Shown: one piece after another, positions 31,601 through 44,622 of the stretch
Numbering within the stretch: the stretch's first letter is position 1
Layout of the letters: every line of letters starts with the position of its first letter
Source of the DNA: Paragordius varius
Taxonomy: Eukaryota > Animalia > Nematomorpha
Reading direction: 5' to 3'
Length of the DNA stretch: 64,000 nucleotides
NCBI GenBank assembly: GCA_964247055.1
Contig: OZ176054.1
Location: 7,440,001 to 7,504,000 of the forward strand
Program-made: the position numbers and the translations under genes
Notes under the pieces: generated by a model
What the model was told of the DNA's origin: nothing
Seen by the model: only the letters and a program-made list of their open reading frames with translations
Database searches by the model: none

Positions 31601-33495
31601 TTTAAATACAGGGCACATAAAAAATATAATGTAATGTATATTTTAAAATCAATGATTCTCAGCCTTTTAATTTTCGGCTTTATGGGAATGAGAAAGTTAT
31701 TACCTAAGGTATTGTTCCATATAAAATCGCAACATTAGCGCACATTTGCTGAATAATGTCTTTTAATTGAAGTTAAACACCTCATATCAGTGCCACTTAT
31801 ATCATTAACCTTCGAAACCCATTTATAAATGGAAACTAATATAAATATTGTTTTGCTTTATATCTATTTATGATATATTACTGTTATTTTTTGGAATGAA
31901 GTTAGATTCCACAAAAGAAGCCAAATATGTGCTAAAACGATTTTTCGGTATGGATAATTACCACAAAGATATAAAATCTTATATCACTTGGTAGTGCCTT
32001 AAGTCAATAGCGCCATTATATACATTTTTTTATCATTATTTTTAATCACAATTTTATATATTGTGAAATATACATATTTCAAAAAGTATCTGTGATATTG
32101 CAAAAATCTATTACTTTTTAGGCTGCAAAAATTTTTTAAGTCAAATTGCAATTAACAATCCAACTTTTAACCGCAATTTCTTTTTTTAATCGAATGACTA
32201 ACTGACAAAATTTTTATGGCTAAAAATAATTATTTAGATAATTGACCGTATTTTGACAACAAAATTTCGGATTTTTAAATTAGCTGCTTGCTTCAATTTG
32301 ATTTGAGTGCTACCAAAATTTTTATATGGAAGTTACAAGACTAAAATAGACTTTTTTATCTTAAATATAAATAATATCTGATAATATTATTTTTGCACAA
32401 ACTACTTGATATTAATAGTATTTTTGAAGTTTATATCTATGCGAAAAACTCCAAATAAGTAGTATGTGTAACAGGAGTCATGAATAGATATTTGGCGGCG
32501 AAAAGTTTAAGGCCTATTTATTTACATTTTTTAAAATAAACCTTAAAAATACATACTTTTCTTATAAAAACAATGTTCATATGTTTGAGTTTAAAATTTG
32601 ACATTTTAATATTTAGTTTAAATAATGCATCTTATATCATAGAAAGCATATTTTTTGGCTTAGATTGAAACATAACTGGTCTCATGGAGGCCAATTCAAA
32701 AGAAATTTTTTTAAATCAAAGTTGAAATTTCTTTATAGTAAAATTAAAATTTAACATTCTTGATCCACTATGTATTTGATTTTGGACAATTAAAAACATG
32801 TTTAAAAGGTATTTTAACAAATTAATGGAGGGACGAGATGAATTAATTAAAGGCCCCGGACTCTTACACTGCGTCCCTGAGTTTAAACCCCGAAACTACG
32901 CAATTTTTTCATCATCACTGTCAGCCTTGGGCAGGAGAGTACAGCTTTGACAAGTTCTCATACAATTTAAGCCCTCACCCTTTAATAAAAAGGAAAAACG
33001 CGACTCTAAACTGTATAAACAAAATAATGGAGAATATTGTGTAGAGCAAATCTATCGAAATAAGTCATCTATTCATCCGTTTCATTGAAATGCTGTTTCC
33101 AGTCGTACCCTGACTAACCAAAGTAGAACCAGTATGAAAGTGAATCTTTAGACATAGGAATAGTGATTTAGCTTACAAAAAGATATGGTTTTAATCGGTT
33201 TTTAATATTTTAAACGGGTTCTAAGCTCGTTCTTATTTCCATTGTATAATGTAGTTATCTGTACTCCAGTGTTGGATGCGACAAAGTTTAATAATACTTT
33301 AACTATTTATAATCTAAAACCAATCGCTAAGTGGTCGAATTCACAAAAATAAACATGGGTATTTAAATTCATAATTTTATGAGAATATACGCTTTACAGT
33401 TTTGTCATTTCTATTCAATTTTTTGTTTAAATTTCATTGTAACAAAAAATGTGTCAATAAATAATATAGTATTTTTAATATTTAACAAAATCCTT

Positions 33496-33530
<35 letters not shown>

Positions 33531-34520
33531 CGTAAAACCATAAACCAAATTGAAAATACTTGTTAAATTTTGAAATAAAATATTAATTTGAACTTTCTTT
33601 AATTTGCGTTGCGTTTTTTTGGCACCGCACAAAACTCCATTAACAAGCGACACGGCCGTTTTCTTGTAATAAAATTCACAACTTAACCCGAATGAAAATC
33701 ATGTTTAAATTTAAAAATTAAATGGTACCAACTGTATTAAATATATTCATACCAATTAAGTCAAAACCCTATTAAATAGTTAACAAGCTAATATTATTAA
33801 TGATTTTAATCCAATTAACACAAAAATCAGCAAATAATTTTTTTTGGCTTAAATAGATATGGATCGCCTACCTTGATGTTAGGAATCTGAACTGGGCTAG
33901 TTCCTAAATAGTTGAAATTGGAAACTACTTGGTGTTAAATTTAAATATGAAACCGAAGTATACAATTGGCAAAGTAACGCAAATTCCACCATAATGGAAT
34001 GATTCTTTTCCCTTAGACATCGATCAGTATTTCGATTAGGCCCTGCCTTCCTTTTCAAATTTTGTGGTCAAAAATTGATGTCTTTATATGCATCTGCGGT
34101 TATTATAAAGATTTTTTAAATGGAATTAAACTCAAAAACTCTGCGAGACCAATTAAATTAATTAATTAGCCGCATTATTTTTAAGAAAAAAACTACTTTT
34201 TATAGAAAACATCTATTTTTATTTTATGAATATGCAGTTATCATATAAATATATATTTTTTGCTCGAAAAGAAACTCTTACTTATCAAGTCAATGTTTTT
34301 ATGGAAAAGTGAAAATGGTTTGGATTAGGAATTCATATTGAATTATTATTAAATATAGCAAATAGATAGTTTTAAATACACCGCGTATTTCACTTAACAT
34401 TAAAACCGTTACACAATCAGTAATAGTTAAAATACCTTATTAAACAATTAATCTTTTTGATGTAAAAATTTATTAAATTAATACCTCATATTTTTAATAT
34501 ATTTAGCTACAATATCGACA

Positions 34521-37142
34521 TTAAAATATGGCGGAACTTAATCTACGATGCAGAGTTTCGATATCATATGAGACATCAAGGACAGGGTTTTTGGTCAATT
34601 CAATTATTTCGGGTGCAAGATGTTCTTCAAAAACGAGGGCAATATTCCACCCATCTTGGAGATATGCATAAGGACAAAATAACGTTTGTAAGGGGCCTTT
34701 ATGGTTGTATTTGCCTAACATGTATCCATTTATCATAACATAACCATTGTACCAATCTATCATGTGAAAATAAATTGGATAAAATTTATGATTATTATCA
34801 TTAATATTATTTTGCTTTACTCCACCATGAACGCTAGCTTTTTCGGTACCTTTAGGAAACCAGAAACGCCCTAAAAATATGGCAGGTCCTTTGGCTGAGG
34901 CCAACATGTATTTAACGGTTAACCGATTAACTAAAGCTTGTAAAGCGAGTTTTTCATTCAAATCCTCCTTTTGCATTTGATACACTTTCGTTTCTTCTAA
35001 TGCATAAGCATTTGTGGCTAAATCGTCAAAAAAACTGTTATCCAATGTTATCACATAAATTTGCCATTTATTTTCTCCGACAGTTTGATTATTTACTGTG
35101 ACAAATCCACTTAGACCCTTAACTAACTGTTTTCTCGCGTTAAGTATGGCGGGAGATCTTACCTGCAATATGTTCCCTTTATTCTCAACTAAGAGGCATA
35201 AATCGTATTGTTTATCGTGCATGCTTTTGGAATAGCTTTCACCATTAGCTTCAGGTAAAACATAAGTAAAAGAAATTTTTTGATTGATCCCTGCAAACCA
35301 ATTCCCGTGAACTTTTACTAGTGATTTCCCATTAATAAACACTGTAAGCGAATCTGAAATTCTACCTTGATATTCAAACTCATAGTACATTTCTTCCTTC
35401 TGTGAGTCTATTCTACGCAAGTAAGGTGATATATTTTCAAAAATGTTTTTGGTACAATACAGTATATACGGGGTAGCTTTAATGTTAAACCCGGCATCTT
35501 GTGACAATGGTTGTAGATCAGCTTTGTAATATACCTTGAATTGGCCCAAATTACTGCGCATTATAGTAAGCAGAGCATTTAATGGAATAACTTTATCTAT
35601 TGCTATGTGAGAGGGAAAAAAATCTTCGATATTCATTTTGCTGGCTTCAGTCTCGCCCATACCCAAATTATTATTGACCATATAATTATTATAACAGCTA
35701 TCTAACGGGTTAAATAGGGGAGAATAACATTTATACTTATTGTAGTGGGAGGCACACTCCTTATAAAACAATAATTTTCGCAAAAAACGGCATTCCTGAG
35801 TCTGTTGTAAAACAGGACTAAATAATGGTTTAAGGTAAGTCAGAGGATCAGTTATTTGATGAAGAGTTCCATGTTTAACAATGTGCCCCATTATGAAATT
35901 CTTTTCATTTAACCCGTTTTCACTTTCGATATAACCGAAATTGCCATTGTAAAAGTTTGATATGGTGAAACCAATGTTGTTACGCAAAAGTACAGTTACA
36001 AACCTTTGATGCAGTATGGACAATATGTTATGGTTTAAAAGGGACCCATCAATGTTTTCGAAAAAACCGAAATGGATTGAATTATCATTTATATTATTAT
36101 TTGTCTCATTCCAAAAGGGAGATGTAATTTTATCGATCGACCAATCGGATGGGATGTTTCTAAAATAAATCTCGGGCTGTACATTGATAAAATTTGCCTT
36201 ATGAAATGTGGAAGATTTTAAAGAATGCATCGACATATTTAAAGTATTCGAAATTTCTTGCATCCATTTATCATCTAACCATAGGTGTGCTTTACGTTCA
36301 TATAGAGATACTAGTATTTCCTCATAATCAATGTAAGGGATTAGGGTTAATTTGTAGCTAATAAATTCTTTTTGTAAGGTGGCTTCAAGTTTTTCTAAAA
36401 TGGTAAGAGTTTGACTTGAAAATTGTTGTTTTGCTATGGGCCACAGAAACGGGATGCTAAAAAGCTTATTGGAAATCATTCCGTTTTTGAACAGCCTAAC
36501 CATGATGCCTCGTAAGTATGCAAGATATACATCGGCACTTGTAAAAAATCCCATACACTTTGGATCAACTATGAAGGCCAGGGGCGTTTTATTTATATCA
36601 TTCAAACGATTTTTTCCCAATCTAAGCTCAAGTTCAGAATTTATGACCTGCATTAATGTTTTAATATGTTCTGTCACATAAATCAATACATTTTTATCCA
36701 TTGGCCAAGTTTTTAGGGAGGACATTTTGCGCAACAAATCTTCCGGGAAACCGGCAAAGGGTTGTGCCGTGCTAAAGCATGAGGTAGGTCCCAAATTAAT
36801 TAAGGCAGGTAATCGAAGTCTCAACACATGATCTAAAAATGTATGTAGTTCATCGTAACGATCGTTTCGTATTTTATGGGAAAAGAACATTGAAACATTA
36901 TTAACATAATTATCCTCAACATATTGATTGTCAGAGTAACGGAAATGATTCCATGGTATATCAAATTCAATCGCATTTAAACCACAACAAGTTAGTTGGG
37001 ATAAAACGTATTCCCACTCCCTAGGAATTATTTTGTGATAAACAATTTTACCAGCTCTGATAGTTGTTGTTGAATGATATTCATAAAGAAAATGGCAAAT
37101 AATTAAAACGATGCAATTGATAAAAAGGTTAAATGGACCCAT
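34521..37142 (-). CDS. Intronless glycoside hydrolase family 35 (beta-galactosidase-like) protein, 873 aa, catalytic motifs degenerate
   Basis: Uninterrupted 873-aa ORF. GH35 landmarks: GLNAIEFDIPWN (cf. GLNAIxTYVPWN), LINLGP (VILRPGP), LLVENKG (ILVENMG), WYNGYVMINGYMLGKY and GPLQTLFCP (WxKGQVWINGFNLGRY, GPQxTLFVP). Hydrophobic N-terminus. Confidence 0.88.
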   Translation of the reverse strand: MGPFNLFINCIVLIICHFLYEYHSTTTIRAGKIVYHKIIPREWEYVLSQLTCCGLNAIEFDIPWNHFRYSDNQYVEDNYVNNVSMFFSHKIRNDRYDELHTFLDHVLRLRLPALINLGPTSCFSTAQPFAGFPEDLLRKMSSLKTWPMDKNVLIYVTEHIKTLMQVINSELELRLGKNRLNDINKTPLAFIVDPKCMGFFTSADVYLAYLRGIMVRLFKNGMISNKLFSIPFLWPIAKQQFSSQTLTILEKLEATLQKEFISYKLTLIPYIDYEEILVSLYERKAHLWLDDKWMQEISNTLNMSMHSLKSSTFHKANFINVQPEIYFRNIPSDWSIDKITSPFWNETNNNINDNSIHFGFFENIDGSLLNHNILSILHQRFVTVLLRNNIGFTISNFYNGNFGYIESENGLNEKNFIMGHIVKHGTLHQITDPLTYLKPLFSPVLQQTQECRFLRKLLFYKECASHYNKYKCYSPLFNPLDSCYNNYMVNNNLGMGETEASKMNIEDFFPSHIAIDKVIPLNALLTIMRSNLGQFKVYYKADLQPLSQDAGFNIKATPYILYCTKNIFENISPYLRRIDSQKEEMYYEFEYQGRISDSLTVFINGKSLVKVHGNWFAGINQKISFTYVLPEANGESYSKSMHDKQYDLCLLVENKGNILQVRSPAILNARKQLVKGLSGFVTVNNQTVGENKWQIYVITLDNSFFDDLATNAYALEETKVYQMQKEDLNEKLALQALVNRLTVKYMLASAKGPAIFLGRFWFPKGTEKASVHGGVKQNNINDNNHKFYPIYFHMIDWYNGYVMINGYMLGKYNHKGPLQTLFCPYAYLQDGWNIALVFEEHLAPEIIELTKNPVLDVSYDIETLHRRLSSAIF

Positions 37143-37957
37143 TTACAAATATACAACAATTTTACATAAAAAATATCTTACTTAAGTTGTGTAAATGGAT
37201 TTTGTAATTAGCGTTGATATTATTGTACCTTACGTAAAAAACCACCATACATCCGAATATTGATGTGAAATATATCAAGCCATTAAATGATGTAATATCT
37301 TAAGAATAATAATGAAAGTTAAATATAATTCTTTACTGTGTTTCAATGATTTCTTGATACAAATTAATTTTCGATTTTAAAATAAATAGCCCATCACGTC
37401 CTAAAACTAATTTCTAAAAAGGTTTACTAATATTAGCTAGACTCATGCAATGTTCAACGTATATTCTTAAAGCTTATATCTTTGATATAGCAAGTCAAAT
37501 AAACCATTAAAGATATTTAATAGATGCTAGTATTTTCTTATTTTTTCACATGATACTATGGAATAAAACAATAAAAATATGATAGAGAATAAGAATTTAT
37601 TGGCTTTTTTGGTAACATCTATAGCTAAATAATTTATAATGTATATATATTAGTTTAAATAAAACTTTAACTTTAAAACATTATATATATACTTTAAAAT
37701 AAAGAAAAAAATATATAGTTAAATAAAGAGAGGATTAAAAATTTCATGATTTCAAATGATAAAAGATGAGACATTTTGCATTTTTCACACACAATAAAAT
37801 TTAAATTGATGTTGAGTGAAATTAGTTTATGATAGAAAGAGAGATACAGCGGAAGTTGACTAGCAACATAAAAATTTCGTTATACATTAAATTTTGAAAA
37901 TAAATGTTGACCAATATTATGCAAAAATTTCACTAATTTTTAATGTGGATTGGAAAT

Positions 37958-40900
37958 TTAGTTTTTTGGATAAAAACTTTGCATTAGCAGAGGAATATTT
38001 TCTCGCGTTTCGCAAGGATCCTCCAAAATCGCATTATCGAGTAGAATGGTATGAGTTGAATTTGAATCAAAATTATTGTCCGGAGATGAGCCAGTACTAA
38101 CATTAGCATTCTCAAAATTTAATGTAGGCTCTTTATCCATAGTTTTATAATTCATGGATGTTGGTAAGGATGAATTAAGCTTTGATGATTGGATATCGCT
38201 AAAATTTCGTATCGATTTACTCAAAAATACTTTCGTAAACTTTGAAGGACGGCGTTTCGACTGTTCTAGTATAATGTTGTTGCGTAAAGGATGCGTGTTG
38301 GAAGAATTATTTGGATAATGGTAATAACTTTTATTAACGTTACTACTGTTTAAATGATTTTTGTGCTCTAAAATTCGACTCACAGATTTAGTTATCAAAT
38401 CACCAATTTTGGCTGTTAAAGGAATAGGACGTTCACGACAAATTAAATCATTTTGATTTCTGTCGTCCTTTTCAAGGGCAGAGATGGCATTTTCATGAAG
38501 CATTGATTTGACCGCAATGTTTTTTTGATATTTCTAACAATAAATTATTGTAATATAATAAATTGGTAAATTAATAACAATATAAGTGAAGAAATTCATT
38601 CGCCTAATGCAGTAAAAATTGAAATTATACGGACAAAACGTAAAATAAAGACAAATATTTTTTAAAAATATATTAACACTTTTTACATTTTAATTTCTCT
38701 TATATAAATAATTTATTAAAATTTTAAAATATATAATTAACACTTTTTAATTTAAAACAATAAAGATATATTAACACTTGGATACAAAACATTCATTTTA
38801 GTCCTTCGACTCAAATTCGGGTAATTAAAGGCCTGTTTAAAATTAAATTCTTTAAAAAATATGGAATCGAAACCATAGCACAATTTTCTTAAATAACATT
38901 AATAAAGCGAAATATATAAAAAACTTTATTCAAAATACTTGATATTAGTTATTTAAAGCTACTAAAAGGTAAAATTTAGTCAACCTGACATGTCAATGGT
39001 AAAATTGAAAAATAATACAAAATAAACCGCTTTTTCTATTTCTATCAATGTTAGATGTAATTTCAATGAAATATTAGCTTTAATTTTACCCTTAAAATAA
39101 AATGAAGACGATATTTTGCAAAAAAATAAAAATGGCGTCGAAGTAGTTTGACATGGAATTTTCTTTTCAAAACAAAATTTTATTTAGATATTTTGGCATA
39201 TTTATATAATTCTTATCAGGATAGAAGCATAAATTTAAATTGGGACCGTTTCCTTCAGTAGTTTTTTAAAAATTATATTTCAAATTTAGTCTGGGAGATA
39301 CCCCCATTTGAATCGAAGTGTTAAACGATGAAAGTACAGGTGATTTTGAAATAAAAACATATTTGTCTTTATATTTTTATCTCCGTATAATTTTAAGATA
39401 TACTGTAAATAAAACAAAAATAATTTAAAGTCGGTTAAATACATTATAGAGATAGAGGACAGTTAGGCTCATATCAACCACTGATCGGGGTACAAATTTA
39501 TTCGTTCCATTGGGTATGTAAGTAAAAATATCATTTGTCGAATCGTAATTGGGTAAAATTGTTTTCGATCGATCCATTTCAGATCTCAAAATGTTTGTGG
39601 ATTTTTGAAACAAATCTTCAGCAAAATCATTTTCAGGAATAGTATTATCAACTATAGATGGGTGGTATGATTTTCTCAATAAAATATTTTGTTGATTGTT
39701 TTTAACCTCCTGAGCAATAGTAGCATATCTAATTTATATATAATAATTTAATTTTATTTGTTAACCATAAAATTATCCTTTTTTTGATAAAATCAATATA
39801 ATAAATAAAATACCCTTGCCCCATAGTTGACATTGTATACAAGGATTCCATCAATTCATTATCTGGAGCACCGTTTATAACTACAATAAATACAAAAAAA
39901 TCATATGAAATTGTTAAAACATGCTTTTATCATATATTCTGAATATACCGTTTGCACTTCAAGAGTTCAAGTTGGTCCCTTCACTTTTTTTGTTTTGTTT
40001 TTAACTTCATCAATCAAATCGATTATCATTCATCTATTTTATCGTTTTTAACCTATATTCTATTATTTAACATAAATTTTAAACCAATATCACCTTTAAA
40101 TCATCGAGAAACCGTATATCTTTATAAATTTCTTAAAATTATTTTGGATATTTAAAAGATTTTAACACGTAATTAAAAATATATAAGTTTTCTGGGTTTA
40201 TTTAAAATTTTTTATTAAAAACACTTAAAAGTTTATATTTTGTTAAATTGGAAAAAAATTAGGTGGAAACAAAAAAGTGGTTTTTGAATAAAATTTTTTA
40301 TTTTAAATGAATAAATATATAATAAATAAAGAATATTAGGTTAAAAAATAATTTCAAAAATTATGGTTATATCAAAATTTAAAAATTTTAAGGACCACCT
40401 TGAAGTGTTTAAGGACCAACTTGGAATGTTCAAGGACCAACTTGAAGTGTTCAAGGACACTCTTGGAGTGCAAACGGTATATAATAACTGGTTCTGAATA
40501 ATTCTATGTTAAAATGACGACGATTTTCGCCAAAAAATTAAATTTTATAGGGTAAATAACCTATTTTTAAATAAAGTATCGGATCTATTGTTAAAATTGA
40601 CTAAATTGTAAATATTGGTTTAAAGGGGTTAAAACAAATATTATAAATCAAGTAAAAAGTCAAATATACCATTATTCGCGTTATAGATAATGTTGTTGGA
40701 ACCATAAGTACTAACGTTTCTAGTTTTAGAATCATTTAGCAATAGACTTTCATCCTGTGGATAAAAAGATTCAAACAAAGGTAATGCAGTGGCAGTAGTC
40801 GTAGGGTATACTGAAGATTGCAAAATTTTTCTTCGTTTTTGTTTTGTTGAACCCATTTCCATCATCATCGTACTCATAGGTGAATGTATTAACATGGATT

Positions 40901-43900
40901 TTGTATTCATCAATGTTTCACCGGCAACATTGTAACGTTTTCTTGTACATACACTATTTTCTAGTTCATTGTGTCCCTTATGTATCGATAAATAATTTAG
41001 GAGGGATAGTTGAGTTTTAGGTATAACTGGGCTCATTATACGCGGTGACATGGGAAGAGTTTGTAGGATAGTGTTAAAATTAAAGACAGAAGATGACTCT
41101 AGCCGAGTATTTTGATCTACTAATCCTTTATTACAATTATTATTATTATCATCATCAGTTAATTCATAATTTTCAAGGGATGTGCTTGCGTTTGGTATAT
41201 CATGATCATTGAATTCAAATATGGCTGGTGAATGTTCGTTCACGAAATCGGAATTTAGGCCTAAATTTTCCATCGGTTTCTGTTCATGCAAGGGTTGTTT
41301 TCCACCCTTTATATTTTCACCGGAATGAGTAAAGTTATCACCGAATATTTCTTCAATATCAGTGTCATCAGGTTGTTCAAGTTCAGCTAAATTGTTGAAG
41401 GTTTCTTTGATTGATTGTCGTTTAGGCAAATTTTGTGGATGTTTTTGTGATGACAAATTTCTATATTAGATTTAAAAAAATGAGAATTTAAACCCAATTG
41501 TAAAATTTTGAGAGAGAATGTTTATAGAGGTAACTATCTAAAGAAATAAGCTTAAATCTTGTAAGTTCAATTGATTTTGATGACATTTTTATTGTTATCA
41601 AACAGACTATTATTTTAACTTAAAAATCTCCAATCATTTTGCATACGATTATTAAATTCAAATAATATTCATTGTGTTTGGCATGATTTTTTTTTCATTA
41701 TTTAACATATGTATTAAACTCTAATTATATTACATTTGTATGTATAAGTCTTTCTTTATATATTAACTGATTAGATAATAAATGAAACCTTTAAAAATAT
41801 CTAGATGAGCATTATACTAAAAATACAGTATGCATTTTAATCGTTGCTTATTTCACACTATAGTAGGGCAATTGCAACACAGTAGTGTATGGAAAAAACA
41901 ACAAAATGTTGAATAATAACAATTATTTTCTTTCTTTTTTCCATAAACTCTTGCGTTGCAAATTGCCCTACTATAGTATGTGGAATACGCAACCATTAAA
42001 ATGCACACTGTATATCGTATTACCACAGTTAATTAGGAAAAAACCAAAATTAAAATTAATTCACCTCTTGACTGATAAATCTAAGCCTTGACCATTTTGC
42101 TGAGATTGATGGTGTAAAAGCTTACTAGCAAACAAATCCTCGTCATAATTGTAAAGATTTTGCAAATAACTTTCTTCCCGGCTAGATAACATGGCATTTT
42201 TATTCGCCTTCCGAGTATCAGCACTGACTGAATATGATGATTTAATGCTCTCTAAAATAGTGTTTTATAAACAAAAAATAGAAAAAAAGAAATGTTAAAA
42301 TGTATGGTGTAATTCAAATTTTTAAAATTTTAACATATAAAAAATAAAAGGTTTGTAAATATTAAATTTTTGAAAAGTTTATAAACCATTTTCGGATGTG
42401 AGATTAGCCAAGGAACATATGTCTCCAACCCCATCTAATTCTATGGTATATTCTCGAAAGAAATCAACAATTTCAAGTGCTTTTGGAGCAATATCTAATT
42501 TTAATAATTCATTAAAAATAGAATATTTTATGATTTTTACTAATTACAAAACTGATGAATACCAAACTATTAAAAAATGATTGATTACAAAATAATATAT
42601 TTAACCCAACTCTTACACTATTATTTTAAGCGTAATATATGTGTTGCATGTTTGATTTAATAACTTGGTATTTAACCAAAATTTAAATCAATGCTTAGTG
42701 AATAAAAAAATTGTTTTATTAGCATAAATTATTTTATAATATGCACCTTTTTAATCGATCAAACAATAATATAATTCATACTTCTATACAAAATCCAGGG
42801 ATTTATGATAGGTCCAAAAGTTTCAACCAGGAAATGAGTAAGCTTTAATTCGAAAAAGCGGGTACAGAATTGATCACGAATTTCTTCGCTATCCCAATCC
42901 TCAATATGAGTATGTTTCCTAATCAATTTATAAAAACAATAAATTTATTCCATTTTGAACCTATAAAAATCATAAAATCCCAAAAATTTTTATTATTTGA
43001 ATCTAACAACTTATATGTATGGCTCTCATTTGTAATGAATGGATATATAACTGTTAACCGCAGTACAAATACTTTAGACATAATTTGCTCATGTAATGAA
43101 ATATAAAGTAATGGTAATAAAAATTCAGAGTTAATATAAAAAATTGTAAATTTCAAAATTTTACCAATATTTGTTTACTGCTTTAATGTAATTAAACCAG
43201 TTACTGTTTTTCTTATATATTATTTACAGTTAAAATACACTCTTAAACAATATTTCACCCTCGAACAATAATTCACCCTAAAATAGATTATGAGTTTTTT
43301 AGAAGTAAAAATTACCTATATTTTATTTTTTTAAAAATGAAATTTTGTTTAAATTAAATATAATACTGAAAAAATAATAAACTATGCCATAAGAATATAT
43401 TTTTTATTAATGATGAGTTATATTAGCCCGAAAACACATAATTTATTTTGATTTTAAATTGTTCAAAGGCGAAATATATCATTATTCTAAAACAAACTAA
43501 GAAAAGGCGTACTTTAGTGTAATTGGCAAAAACCAACCAGCAGGTAAGTAATGTACATTAGCTAAAATTTTCTTTAACAGCGCTTTTCGGCACAAAGGGA
43601 CTTGTTCCAACGATTCGATTCCATCTTCAGTATAAGAACCGGATAAGGCTCGACAGGCCCCATACACAATGCCTAATTTAATAGTAATAGTTACATAGTG
43701 TTAAACGAAAAAAATTCTCTATATTAACATGTAATGATATACTGGCAAAAAATTTTGGCAGGTTGTTTAATTACAAGATATGTAACTTAACATATTATTT
43801 GACTGAAAATTAAAAGCTAACTAACTATGAGAGAAAAAAAATTTAATATTCAAGAAAGTTTTCGTTTTTACATTTTTATACCTATGAATTCAAAATACAT

Positions 43901-44565
43901 ACGTAAAGCATATAAATAAGTATTAGCCTTAGTTATACTAAAAAATAGGTTTAAATTCTGGTTTAAGTTAATTAATCGTATACATTATAATATATTTTTA
44001 TCCGCAACTTTATGAGCGATTTTGTAAACCAAAATTGTACAAGTTGATGGATATTACTATACAAGTTAACTTTTCACAAAAATTTTCTAAAATATTACTA
44101 AATGATACAAAAATGCATATTTATTTTAAAAAATAGTTTAAGTTTTTTTTTGATTTTTTTATTTTAAATTTCTAGGTCAAAACCCCGCCAAAGGTAATGA
44201 ATGATTTACATTAAACTAATTTAATTTTACATCCTTACCCAAAACAGTTATGACGGTAAAAAGAACGGACGCAGAATTATGATATCCAATGATGGTTGTT
44301 TCCTTCTCTACATTATTTATAACAAGATAATTTTCGGAAGGATGACTTTGATTTTTATGCATTGCAAGTAAATTTGGTTGTTTTGCAATAGCGTATTGGT
44401 AACTATTCACTCCATTTTTATGTGATGTAACATTAATATTATTTTTTTGGTTTTCAGAAATGGCTAAAAGTCCTGAAACAAGTATGGCAGTTACAACCAA
44501 AGATCCACTAACAAAAGCTATGAAACGTGCAGTGATGATTGTCAAACGACTGCCTAAAAAATAAA

Positions 44566-44622
<57 letters not shown>

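Noticed and set aside
32870-34110. GC-elevated patches that might be PTP 5' exons or retroelement relics
   Set aside because: Stops in all frames and no recognisable motif.
40390-40452. Short direct repeats as a CRISPR-like array
   Set aside because: Head-to-tail 21-bp units with no spacers, inside a TIR element in a eukaryotic intron.
42923-43156. 77-aa minus-strand ORF as an ATG9 exon
   Set aside because: The phase and homology are satisfied by 42782-42918; this ORF is intronic.
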